Assembly (NCBI RefSeq): GCF_000014265.1
Contig: NC_008312.1
Coordinates: 2,880,001-2,912,000 of the forward strand
Source of the DNA: Trichodesmium erythraeum IMS101
GTDB taxonomy: Bacteria; Cyanobacteriota; Cyanobacteriia; Cyanobacteriales; Microcoleaceae
Direction: 5' to 3'
Length of the DNA: 32,000 nucleotides
Shown: piece after piece, positions 19,102 through 28,900 of the stretch
Layout: each line of letters opens with the position of its first letter
How positions within the stretch are numbered: position 1 is the stretch's first letter
Notes under the pieces: generated by a model
Databases searched by the model: none
What the model was told of the DNA's origin: nothing
Seen by the model: the letters and a program-made list of their open reading frames with translations, nothing else
Position numbers and translations under genes: made by a program

Positions 19102-22100
19102 TCAGAGAGAAATGCTCAGGTCGTAAGGAGTTTGATTACCTAGACCGAATACACCCACCACATAGGTAGTATCGGCACTCAAGAAGCTATTAATCTCCTC
19201 AGAAGTATTGCCGGAGTTATTAGAACTGCCAAGTTCTACTTCGCCAGTCTCATCGTATAGTTTCAGGTCAGCGTTATCGCTCAGGTCGTCAAGTTTGATA
19301 TCTACGAAACCAGCCTGGGTAATATCAAAGCTGTAATAGTCCTTGGTGTCAACTACGCCTCCCTCCGTGAAGCCGAGGTCACCGCCTTGGGTAAGAGGAT
19401 CAGCACCAACTGTAACCGTACCGAGAGCTATCCCTGGTGGCTCATTGTCTATGCTTTCACCAATTTCACTCGCACTCATATTCAGAGTGTAGTCAGTTTT
19501 AGCCGCACCCCTGGGAAACACTCGCACACAATAGTCGCCCGCATCCAAAGTAAGGTTGATTTTTTCGTCGTCACTACCACCATTAGCAGAAGTATTTAGC
19601 ACAGTGCTACCGTCGCCATCAATTAGCTGTAGGTTGGCGTTACCAGTAAGGCCTGTAAGGTTAATATCGACACTACTCTTAGCGCTCAAAGTAAACTTGC
19701 GGTAGTCGTTGACATCACGATAACTGTTTTCTTCACGACCGATGGAGTCCTCCTCTTCGTATGAGGTTAACACGCCGATGTCGGTGACGTTTTCTGGAAG
19801 TTTGCCTCCGTCCTCATCCACGCTACTGCCTGGCTCAGGAACCTTAATATTTAGGGTATAGTTACCACGAGCGTTACCTTTGGGTTCAACCCCTACATAG
19901 TAAGTACCTGGTTCAAGCTCTTCTTCAATTTTTTCGTTTTTCTTCTTCTTATTGCGGGAATCTTTGATCAAAGTATCAGAACTATCAAGCAATTCCAGAT
20001 CGATATCAGCGCTCAGTTTATTTAGGGAGATAGTCAGATTCTTGTCTTCGCTTAGTTCAAACTTGTAGTAGTCTACTTCGTCCCGACTGCTACCACTGCC
20101 GAAACCGACATTATCTATCTTACTGTAATCTTCAGTGAGGTTACCGATATCATTGTACAAAGAAGTCTCTAGCACAGGACCACCATCTGGATCGACGCTC
20201 GAACCACTTGCAAAAATGTCCAAATTATACTTAGTTTTAGCTTGGTTCTGGGGCTCTACATCCACATAATAATCGCCTGGATCCAGAGTGTCGCTAATAT
20301 TTTCGTTCCTTCTACCGCCTTTCCGAGACTCAAGCAATAAAGTGCCATCATCATCGTACAAGGCAATGTTGGCATTTCTTTTCAGCCCTGTGAGGTCAAT
20401 TTCTACATTCCTCTCGTCGCTTATGCTGAATAAGTGCCGATCAATAACGTTACGAATACCACCAGAGGTAAAGCCGATTTCCTCGCCCCTGATACTGTAA
20501 CCATCCTCCAAAGACAAAAGGTCACCAACTGTAAACTCTTGTCTCGGTTCTGGGATCGGTTCAGCATTCACCGAAAAACGATAGTTGCTGCGACTGTTTC
20601 CCTTTGGCAATATCTGGACATGATAAGTTCCTGCCTCCAATATCTCAGCAATGTTTTCTGATTTACGACCCTTGTTCCGAGAATTATTGAGAAAGGTTCC
20701 GTCGTCATCGTACAAGATCATATCTATGTTTTGACGCAGACGAGTCAGGTCGATGTCAACCAAGCTCTCTTCATCAATTGTAAAGCTGACCCAATCTTCT
20801 GTGTCACGACCGGAACGACCTTCAGTACGGCCCATTTCGCCGTTGAAGACCCTTGTCTCCCCAATAGGGATATTCCCGAAGTCTAAAGCTTCTTCAACAC
20901 TAGCATAGTCATCAACATAAGGAGCAGTCGCAGTTATACCCAAGCGATAGTTACTCTTGGCGCCACCATTTGGGAAAACTTTTATGTTATAGGTTCCTGG
21001 TTCCAGCCCTTCAAGTTCTATCTTTTCAGCTTTGCGGCCTGTATTTTTACCATCATCAACTAGCTCGCCACCCTCATCATAGATTTCCAGGTTAAGGTCT
21101 TGCCTTAGTCTATCTAGAGTCAGGTTGACATCGCTCTCTATCGGCACAGAAAAGTTGTACCAGTCTACCCTGTCTTTGTTAGCACCAAGTTTACCGGTTT
21201 TGCTGACGGGAGTAAGCTCCGTAACTGCCCCCAAGCTAATACCTGGTTCCTGGTCATCTTGTTCATTGGAAAGCACATCAGCGCTCAGACCCAGGCGATA
21301 GTCTGTCCTGGCAGCACCTTGGGGAGTTACGCGCACAAAATAATCACCGGGTTCTAATTCCTCGTTAATCTTTTCTCTTTTACGACCGCTATTGTTAGAC
21401 TGGTAGAGAATAGTGCTGCCATCCCCATCTAAAACCTCAACATTAGCATTTCCCTTTAGCTGGTCTAGGGTAAGGAAAAAGTCACTCTTTTCATTGATAC
21501 CAAACTTATAGTAATCTTCTTGGTCCCGGTTTTTACCCCGACCGAAGCCTATTCTGTCAATTTCGGTTACTTCTTCGAGTCCGATATTACCTAGTTCTTT
21601 AGCGGTATCAGTTGTGTCCTTTTCATCTGTCAGGGCATCAGCACTTACCCCTAAGCGGTATTTTGTGCGATCATCTCCTTCAGGATAAACACGGATGAAA
21701 TAATCACCTGATTCTAAATTTTCGGTAATGTTTTCCCGCTTCCGGTTCTCTTCAGTTGACTGGAAAAGTACTGTGCTACCATCCTCATCTAGAATTTCAA
21801 CGTTAGCATTGCGCTTGAGTTGGTCTAGAGTGATGTCAACCTCACTATCCTTGCTGAGAGTAAACTTATAGAAATCTTGCAAGTCACGGACACCACCTTC
21901 ATTAAAACCGATTTCGTCGGTATTGCGGTAGTTCTTCCGGCTGTTAAGATCGCCAAGATTAATGGCACCGTCCGTTTTTGCTGTGGGGTCTTCAAGACGC
22001 TCAATATCTCTGGGTGCTAGTCTAATTTTCGCGAACAAGCTAGCTATGTCTACTTCTTGTTCCATCACCCGAAAGCGGTTTACTAGGGTGTCACCACCAT

Positions 22101-22572
22101 CTTGGCTAAAGCCTGTTAGCTCTAAGGTGTATGTTTGTCCATCAAATTTGAAGGTTTCCGTGGGTAAGACTTTGGGAAAATAGACGAAATCAGACCAGTC
22201 ATCTATCTCGTCAGAGGTATCCTCCGTAGTGTCTAAGTCCAGATTGAAAGTAAAAGTTATGGGAGAATCTAATAATTCAAAAGGATCTAATAATTCAATC
22301 TTCAGCGGTACTGACTCTACCGCTGTATCCGAAAAAATTGAACCGTTAAAGAAGGTTAACTTTCCGACTTCAAACTGCTGGTCAGTTTTAATGCCCCCGC
22401 TAATGTCTTCCGCATTAAAGAGTAAGCTGTTTGGTTTCAGGTCTTCCTCTACCGACTCTCCCCAACGAAACGTATTCGGAGGATCTGTAGGATAAATTTT
22501 AGGATTCGGGTTTGGCCCTGGCTCGGCCTCTCCCCAGGTGCCACTAAATTCAACTTGAAAAGTCTCCGGCAT
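19102..22572 (-). CDS. Large acidic repeat protein: an N-terminal ~190-aa domain of unknown function followed by 8 PPC domains
   Basis: 1,156 aa with an ATG start. Eight units fit the PPC pattern D(Y/F/W)Y.F.(L/I/V)....V...L..L..NA(D/N)(L/V).(L/I).D.(D/S)G.......N.....E.I...L..G.Y...V.P.....Y.L. Anchor motifs are DFYKFTL, DYYKFGI, DWYNFSV, DWVSFTI, DRHLFSI, DYYKFEL, DYRKFTL and DYYSFDI. The N-terminus MPETFQVEFSGTWGE has no signal peptide. Confidence 0.85.
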   Translation of the reverse strand: MPETFQVEFSGTWGEAEPGPNPNPKIYPTDPPNTFRWGESVEEDLKPNSLLFNAEDISGGIKTDQQFEVGKLTFFNGSIFSDTAVESVPLKIELLDPFELLDSPITFTFNLDLDTTEDTSDEIDDWSDFVYFPKVLPTETFKFDGQTYTLELTGFSQDGGDTLVNRFRVMEQEVDIASLFAKIRLAPRDIERLEDPTAKTDGAINLGDLNSRKNYRNTDEIGFNEGGVRDLQDFYKFTLSKDSEVDITLDQLKRNANVEILDEDGSTVLFQSTEENRKRENITENLESGDYFIRVYPEGDDRTKYRLGVSADALTDEKDTTDTAKELGNIGLEEVTEIDRIGFGRGKNRDQEDYYKFGINEKSDFFLTLDQLKGNANVEVLDGDGSTILYQSNNSGRKREKINEELEPGDYFVRVTPQGAARTDYRLGLSADVLSNEQDDQEPGISLGAVTELTPVSKTGKLGANKDRVDWYNFSVPIESDVNLTLDRLRQDLNLEIYDEGGELVDDGKNTGRKAEKIELEGLEPGTYNIKVFPNGGAKSNYRLGITATAPYVDDYASVEEALDFGNIPIGETRVFNGEMGRTEGRSGRDTEDWVSFTIDEESLVDIDLTRLRQNIDMILYDDDGTFLNNSRNKGRKSENIAEILEAGTYHVQILPKGNSRSNYRFSVNAEPIPEPRQEFTVGDLLSLEDGYSIRGEEIGFTSGGIRNVIDRHLFSISDERNVEIDLTGLKRNANIALYDDDGTLLLESRKGGRRNENISDTLDPGDYYVDVEPQNQAKTKYNLDIFASGSSVDPDGGPVLETSLYNDIGNLTEDYSKIDNVGFGSGSSRDEVDYYKFELSEDKNLTISLNKLSADIDLELLDSSDTLIKDSRNKKKKNEKIEEELEPGTYYVGVEPKGNARGNYTLNIKVPEPGSSVDEDGGKLPENVTDIGVLTSYEEEDSIGREENSYRDVNDYRKFTLSAKSSVDINLTGLTGNANLQLIDGDGSTVLNTSANGGSDDEKINLTLDAGDYCVRVFPRGAAKTDYTLNMSASEIGESIDNEPPGIALGTVTVGADPLTQGGDLGFTEGGVVDTKDYYSFDITQAGFVDIKLDDLSDNADLKLYDETGEVELGSSNNSGNTSEEINSFLSADTTYVVGVFGLGNQTPYDLSISL

Positions 22573-22619
22573 TTTTTTCTTCCTTTGTTTTGCTTACAAA
22601 TTCGAGTTTGACTTACTTC

Positions 22620-22676
22620 GTAGTAATCGCTTTAGGAATTTAAAGCTACTTTCCTTAGAGCTAAAGCGCTTACTAC
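22620..22676 (-). promoter_or_regulatory. Intergenic 16-bp-stem hairpin between two PPC genes, with no U-tract
   Basis: The arms are gtagtaatcgctttag (22620-22635) and ctaaagcgcttactac (22661-22676), with one mismatch and a 25-nt loop. It sits between the stop at 22686 and the next start at 22572. Confidence 0.4.
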
Positions 22677-22685
22677 AAAATGAGT

Positions 22686-25277
22686 TTAGAAAAAATTAAT
22701 TGTATAGTCACTTTGGGCATCACCGACAGCCTCAACTTGCAGGTAATAATCCCCCGCTTCTAAAGTGGCATTGATCCTTTCGGTATTCGTACCGGGATTA
22801 GAAGACTTAAAGATTTCGGTAAAGATTTCGGTTTCGCCGTCACTACCCAAGAGAGTTAAGTCAGCATTTTGGGTCAGGCCGGACAAAATTATCCGGATGT
22901 CATCGTTTGCGTCGAGAGTAAATTTATAGTAGTCATTGACGTCATCTACTCCGTCTTCCATAAAACCTATTTTACCACTTTGAGTAAGCAGATCACTTCC
23001 CAAATCTGTAGCATCCTCCGGGGTGCCATCTGGGTCTCCCGTAATGGGATCTACTTCCGTTTCATCACCATCATCTCCCATGTCATCATCATCCCCGTCA
23101 TCCATGTCATCAGGAGGATCAGGAAGCGGGTCGGCGTTCATTTTCAGGAAATAGCTAGTTTTAGCATTGCCCACCGGGAAGACTTGCACTGTGTAGTCCC
23201 CAGCATCCAAAGTGTCACTCAAAATTTCTGGAGCATTCTCAGGGTTAAAGCCACTAAGGACCATATCACCTTCGCTATCCAACACCATCACATTAGCATC
23301 CCGCGTCATTTCGTCTAGGGTGAGCATGAAGTTGCTGTTGTTATCTAAGGTTAAGTTGTAGAAGTCGTTGAGGTTCCGAGAACCATTCTGGAAATCCCCA
23401 ATTCTTCCTTTCTTTTTGTACTCGTTATTGTTCAGATCAAGTAAAGAACCGACCTCAAAAGTTTCATCTCCCTCGGCGACTACTTCAGTGTCTATACCCA
23501 GACGGTAGGTAGTCTCAGCATTGCCCATTGGCATCACTCGCAAAGTGTAATCCCCTGGCTCTAAGACTTGATCAATTATTTCTGGATTATTTCTCTTTTC
23601 CTTGGAGCTGTCCACCAGCATGGAGCCCTTATAAAGCTCTAGGTCAACATTTCGCTTGATTTGGTCTAGAGTGGCATTAAACTCAGTTAACTCGTTGATA
23701 GTAAAAGTATATTCGTCCTGTGAGTTGCGTACCCCGCCGCCTTCTCCACCTATTTTGTCGTTATTGCTATATTCTGTGGGAGACTCCAGAGTTCCCAAAG
23801 GAAAGGTATCTGTTGGTGAGATGGGTTCATCCGCGCTCAGACTCAGGCGATAGTTGGTATTACTACTACCCCTAGCGACTACCTTTACATAATAGGTACC
23901 GGCATCTAGGTTTTCGTTAATAGTTTCCCGTTGCTTACCTTTATTTTTTGATTTGTAGAGCCGTGTAGTGCCATCGGCATCATAAATTTCGGCATCTGCC
24001 GCATTTACCCGCAGTTCATCTAAGGTTAAATCGACATTTTTCTCAGCGCTGAGGGTGAACTTAAACCAGTCCGCTTGGTCTCGGAATCGATCGTCTGTCA
24101 ATAGCCCCACATTATTACCCGTCTCATTAGTGGGTGTAGGTACCAACTCCCCCAAGTCCTTCGCCATTTCTGGAGCGGGGAAATCATCTACATTGATCCT
24201 GGCGTCCAATTCCAGTCGGTAGTCGGTCTTAGCCGCACCTCTAGGGCGTACCTCTAGGGCATAGTGTCCTTCAGGTAAAAATTCGCTGATGGTATCTGGT
24301 CTTCTGCCTTTGCGGGTAGACTTATTCAACCGGGAACCTAGTTCTTCTGGTTCATCAGGATCATATTCGTATAAATAGATATCAGCGTTCCGCTGTAGTT
24401 GATCTAGTTCTGCATAAAAGGAAGCTTCTTGACTCAACTCAAAAGTGTAATAATCCTTTGTGTTGCGCTGCCGACCGCGACCAAAGCCGATATCTTCAAT
24501 AGCAAAGTGTGGTTCTTCTGAAGCTAGAAGGTCCCCAACATCAGTGCCCGGAAGCTTTTCCGGTGGCAATATTTCGTCGGCGCTCAACCCCAAGCGGTAG
24601 GAAGTTCTAGCCCTACCCTGAGGGAAGACCCGCACCAGATAATCCCCTTTTTCCAAGATAGCGTTAATCGTTTCTTCCTGGCGTCCCTTATTTCGAGATT
24701 GCAGCAACAAGGTCTTCCCTTTATCGTCCCAAATTTGGACGTTGGCATTCTTTTTTAGCTGGTCTAGAGTGAGGCTGACATCACTATCCTGATCTAAGGT
24801 AAAGTTGAAGTAATCGTTTTTGTCCCTTTGGCCTCCCTTGGCAAAACCAATTTCATCGGTAAACGTAACCTCTTCTTCACTATCCAGGACTCCTAGGGAG
24901 ACACCAGGAAGCTCATCGTCAGTTATTGGATCAGCATTAAGACTCAACCTATAATCTGTTTGTGCCATGCCTTTTGGTAAGACGCGGACAAAATATTCTC
25001 CTGCATCTAATTCCGCATCAATAACTTCTCGTTGTTTACCAGGTTTTGTCGACTTGAATAATACTGAGCCATCACTATCTAATATTTGGACATTAGCATT
25101 CTTATCTAACTTGTCTAGGGTTAGATTAAAGTCGCTTTCCTCGTCGAGCTTAAATTTGTAGAAGTCGTTGCGCTCCCGTTTACCATCTACTCTAAAACCG
25201 ATCTGATCGTTCGTTACAGTCGGTTCTAGTTCGATGACTCCCAGGTCTAACGCATCTGCTCTGGTGTCGTTAGCCAT
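22686..25277 (-). CDS. Acidic repeat protein made of 7 PPC domains plus a poly-acidic linker
   Basis: 863 aa with an ATG start (MANDTRADALDLG) and no signal peptide. PPC anchor motifs are DFYKFKL, DYFNFTL, DYYTFEL, DWFKFTL, DEYTFTI, DFYNLTL and DYYKFTL. The linker reads DPLPDPPDDMDDGDDDDMGDDGDETEVDPITGDPDGTPED. Confidence 0.85.
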   Translation of the reverse strand: MANDTRADALDLGVIELEPTVTNDQIGFRVDGKRERNDFYKFKLDEESDFNLTLDKLDKNANVQILDSDGSVLFKSTKPGKQREVIDAELDAGEYFVRVLPKGMAQTDYRLSLNADPITDDELPGVSLGVLDSEEEVTFTDEIGFAKGGQRDKNDYFNFTLDQDSDVSLTLDQLKKNANVQIWDDKGKTLLLQSRNKGRQEETINAILEKGDYLVRVFPQGRARTSYRLGLSADEILPPEKLPGTDVGDLLASEEPHFAIEDIGFGRGRQRNTKDYYTFELSQEASFYAELDQLQRNADIYLYEYDPDEPEELGSRLNKSTRKGRRPDTISEFLPEGHYALEVRPRGAAKTDYRLELDARINVDDFPAPEMAKDLGELVPTPTNETGNNVGLLTDDRFRDQADWFKFTLSAEKNVDLTLDELRVNAADAEIYDADGTTRLYKSKNKGKQRETINENLDAGTYYVKVVARGSSNTNYRLSLSADEPISPTDTFPLGTLESPTEYSNNDKIGGEGGGVRNSQDEYTFTINELTEFNATLDQIKRNVDLELYKGSMLVDSSKEKRNNPEIIDQVLEPGDYTLRVMPMGNAETTYRLGIDTEVVAEGDETFEVGSLLDLNNNEYKKKGRIGDFQNGSRNLNDFYNLTLDNNSNFMLTLDEMTRDANVMVLDSEGDMVLSGFNPENAPEILSDTLDAGDYTVQVFPVGNAKTSYFLKMNADPLPDPPDDMDDGDDDDMGDDGDETEVDPITGDPDGTPEDATDLGSDLLTQSGKIGFMEDGVDDVNDYYKFTLDANDDIRIILSGLTQNADLTLLGSDGETEIFTEIFKSSNPGTNTERINATLEAGDYYLQVEAVGDAQSDYTINFF

Positions 25278-25930
25278 AATTATTTTTTTGCTATATAAAA
25301 CTGATACAAAACGTCACAACGTCACATAAGGTGACAATCTAATTTTTACTTCCTGCCTCCATTTAGACCATCGGTGGTTACTTATCCACAGATATTGATA
25401 GGCCTTGCCGGCCTGCATTTCTTAATTATTTGAGTCACTATCGTATTTTAAAATCATCCCAGTGCTGCTCTTACGAGACAGCAAAGGATTCTCTAAAATC
25501 GCTGTTAGGGTCTTTCTAATTCATAGCAACCGTCTTTAGAGATTTACTCTCTTCAGTTATAAAAAAGCTGACCCACACTGACACTGCCAGCCCCGCAGCC
25601 AAAAAGGTAAGGTTTGTTTGTAACCTACTCGTTTTTGTTGTTTATACCAAGCTTAAGTCATGGTAACTTTGGCATTCATCCCGACACTACCTTATCAGGA
25701 GAGCGCAGGCTTTTTGACAACATTTAGATAAACCATAGTTTATTAATAATTATCCCCAACTTATGGCCAAATGCATTCAGATTAGAAGATATATCAAAAA
25801 ACTAAACTAAGTTGAACTGAAATATTTTTCAGTGATACTATTATACCACTACTATCTGAAAAAGCAACATTTTTTCTCAAAATTTTTTTTGATGACATAA
25901 TGTCCCAAAATCTCCATCTAGAAAAACATA

Positions 25931-28900
25931 TTAAGTAGCAGACATACTCAAACTGTAATTAGTACCCAAACCATTATAACTCTCGTAAAACACTCCGACA
26001 AAATAGTTCCCAGAATTTAACAACCGAGAAATAGAACCCATCTCACCAGAGTTAATTTTCCAAACATAGGAACTACCCTGATAATGCCCATTAGCATCGT
26101 AACTAAAAGTGTCCCCAGAGGAGTTATAGAGATACAAGGAAGCCTCGTCACTCAAACCAGATAGCTCAATATTAACAGTCCGTTTTTCACTAAGATTAAA
26201 CTTATAGTAGTCATTCTCGTCAATATTACTTACCCAGTCATTAAAGGTTTGAACTTCTGCTAGATTTTCCACTGGCTTTGAGGTATCGAATGTATTCCCC
26301 GCAGCATCTGGATGTGCTACTGCCGATAGTTGTAAATTATAACCAGTACTAGCATCGCCGATGCTTTCGACCTCAACAATATAAGTCCCTGCTACCAGGT
26401 TGCGAGTAATATTTTCCGAAGCATTCAAGAAGTTTGTAGAATCATCTAACCAGTAGTATTCGTTATTGCGTAAGGTTAGATCCGCATTGGCACTCAAACC
26501 ATTGAGACTGAGGCTGACAGTACTATCCTCCGCGAGGGTAAATTGGTAGAAATCTTCCTTGTCACTGTCGATATTCTGGGAGATGCCGACAAAATCAGTA
26601 AAGGTCTGGGCCTCACCCAAAGCACCAATATTCTTAGTTTGAGCTTCCGTATTGCCCACTATATTAGGTGCCGAGTAGGTCAGGGGAGTGGCCGAAAAAT
26701 CTAGGTTGTAGTTAGTGTGACCACTTGACTGCCATACTAAAGCGTAATAAGTACCCGATGGTAGTTTTTCCGTAATTAATTCGTTATTGGTGTCATCATT
26801 AGTAGAACTAACTATCTCGTTTTCTTGGCTATCGTACAAGTAGAGGTCGGCGTCGCTTGCTAAACCTGTCAGATTAATGGTTACTTCGCTGTTTTGGGGG
26901 ATATCAAACTTGTAGTAGTCATTACGATCTATTCTTCCTACCCAGTCACTAAAGGCTTGAGTTGCGCTGACTGCACCGATATTCCGCGCTACATCAAAAT
27001 CATTTCCGGCATTATCAGAAATAGGAGTTGCAGTAGCGACGAAATTGTATTCAGTTCCGTTGCCCCAGAAGTTGCTTATCTCAACCAAGTAATTACCTGG
27101 GGTTAGATTTTTAGCGATCGCCGTCTCAGTATTCTCGTCATTAGGAGCTGAAGCAATTTCCTCCATGGCGCTGTTATAAAGATTGAAATTGATAGCATCT
27201 GTCAAACCAGTTAAGTTCAAACTAACTGCACTATTCTCACCTACAGAAAACTTATAATAGTCTTCTTCATCTATTCCTGGGGATACCCAGTTAGTAGCAT
27301 TAATAGTAGTCAGCGCTCCCAAATCTAGAGGCGAGTCAGCACCACCAGCATTATCCACCCGGACTGTGGGAGACAGTTGCAAACTGTAGTTAGTACCAAA
27401 GTTACCCCTATCATTCCAAACTTGGACGTAGTAAGTTCCGGGATTTAAATCAGCAACAATTACATCATCAGCATTCTCAGTATTTTGGGAATAGAGCAGA
27501 GGACTTTCCTCAATATCATACAGTCCAATATTACCATTGCCAGTCATTCCTCCCAGGTTAATGTTGACAGTGCTAACAGCATCTATGACAAACTGATAGT
27601 AATCCTTTTCATCAACATTCCCGATCCAGTCGTTAAAGGTTTGAGGCCCTGCTAAAGTGCCAATTAGTCGGGCTGTTCCAACAGTATCTCCGGCACCATC
27701 TGGGTGGGCTGTTGCGGACAATTGCAAATTATAACCGGTATTCCCATTCTCTATACTCTTGACTCCAGCGATATAAGTTCCAGCCTGTAAGTTACGGATA
27801 ATCACTTCGTCAACATTGGTAAGCTGACTAGATTCAGTAATCTGGGAATATTCGCTATCAAGCAGTACCAGGTCTGCATCTGCTGTCATACTCCCGAGAT
27901 TAAGGTTGACAGTGCTAGTCTCTCCTAGGACAAACTGGTAGAAGTCATTCTTGTCACGATCAACATATTGATTGCCGACAAAATCTGTGAAACTCTGGGT
28001 CGCACCCAAAGCACCAATATTCTTAGTTTGAGCTTCGGTGTTGCCGACGATATTATCTGGCGAGTAGGTCAGGGGAGTGGCCGAGAGTTCAAGGTTATAA
28101 TAGGTGTTGTCCCCACCATAATAAGGAGAACGTCCCTCAACTTTAACATAATAGGTATTACCACTTGCCAAATTATAGACAATAGATTCATCAGCGTTAC
28201 TATCGTTGTCGGAACTCCCTATTAGTTTCTCCTTGCTATCGTACAAGTATAGGCCGGTATTCGCGGTTAAACCTGCAAGCTTGAGGTTAATAGAGCTATT
28301 GGCGGCAACGCTGAATTTGTAGTAATCATCATATTGGAGGTCGCCAACCCAGTCCCTGATAGTTTGAGCGGCGCTGACCATGCCTAAATCCCTTGCCGTT
28401 TCAAAATCATCACCCGCAGAGTTGGGAAGAGTGGTTGCCGATGCCGTCAAATTGTAGTTGACGCTAGTTGCTTCCCGGCTATATGATTTATAGCGCAAGA
28501 TCCTGACATAATATATACCCGGGTTCAAGTTAGTGATAATAGCTTCATCCGTATTGCTGTCATTTATGGAACTTGTCAGTACTTCTCCCTCACTGTCATA
28601 AAGATAAAGTTGACCATTGTCATCCATTCCTGTTAGATTGAGATTGACGTTACTATCCTCAGTCAACGTGAATTTATAGTAATCGTTGGGATCGGCACTA
28701 CCTACCCAATTACTAAGCGTCTTAGGAGTAGATATATCACCCATATCCCCTGCTGTTTCTAGGGTGTCTCCTCCAGAGTCAGGAATAGTGGTTGCCGATG
28801 CCGTTAAATTATAGTTAACGCTAGTTGCTTCCCGGCTATATGATTTATAGCGCCAGACCCTGACATAATATGTACCCGGGTTCAAGTTAGTGATAATAGC

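Noticed and set aside
17004-25277. RTX nonapeptide (GGxGxD) repeats, PEP-CTERM tails or other known sorting tags in the PPC proteins
   Set aside because: I looked for them at the C-termini and throughout and found none. The C-termini are ordinary PPC domains (...YNLSIL, ...YDLSISL, ...DYTINFF), so I make no export-pathway claim.
25382-25390. Perfect DnaA-box consensus TTATCCACA in the long intergenic region
   Set aside because: I could find only a single box, with no cluster and no adjacent dnaA or dnaN. One 9-mer match in 32 kb on two strands is expected by chance at roughly the 0.2 level.
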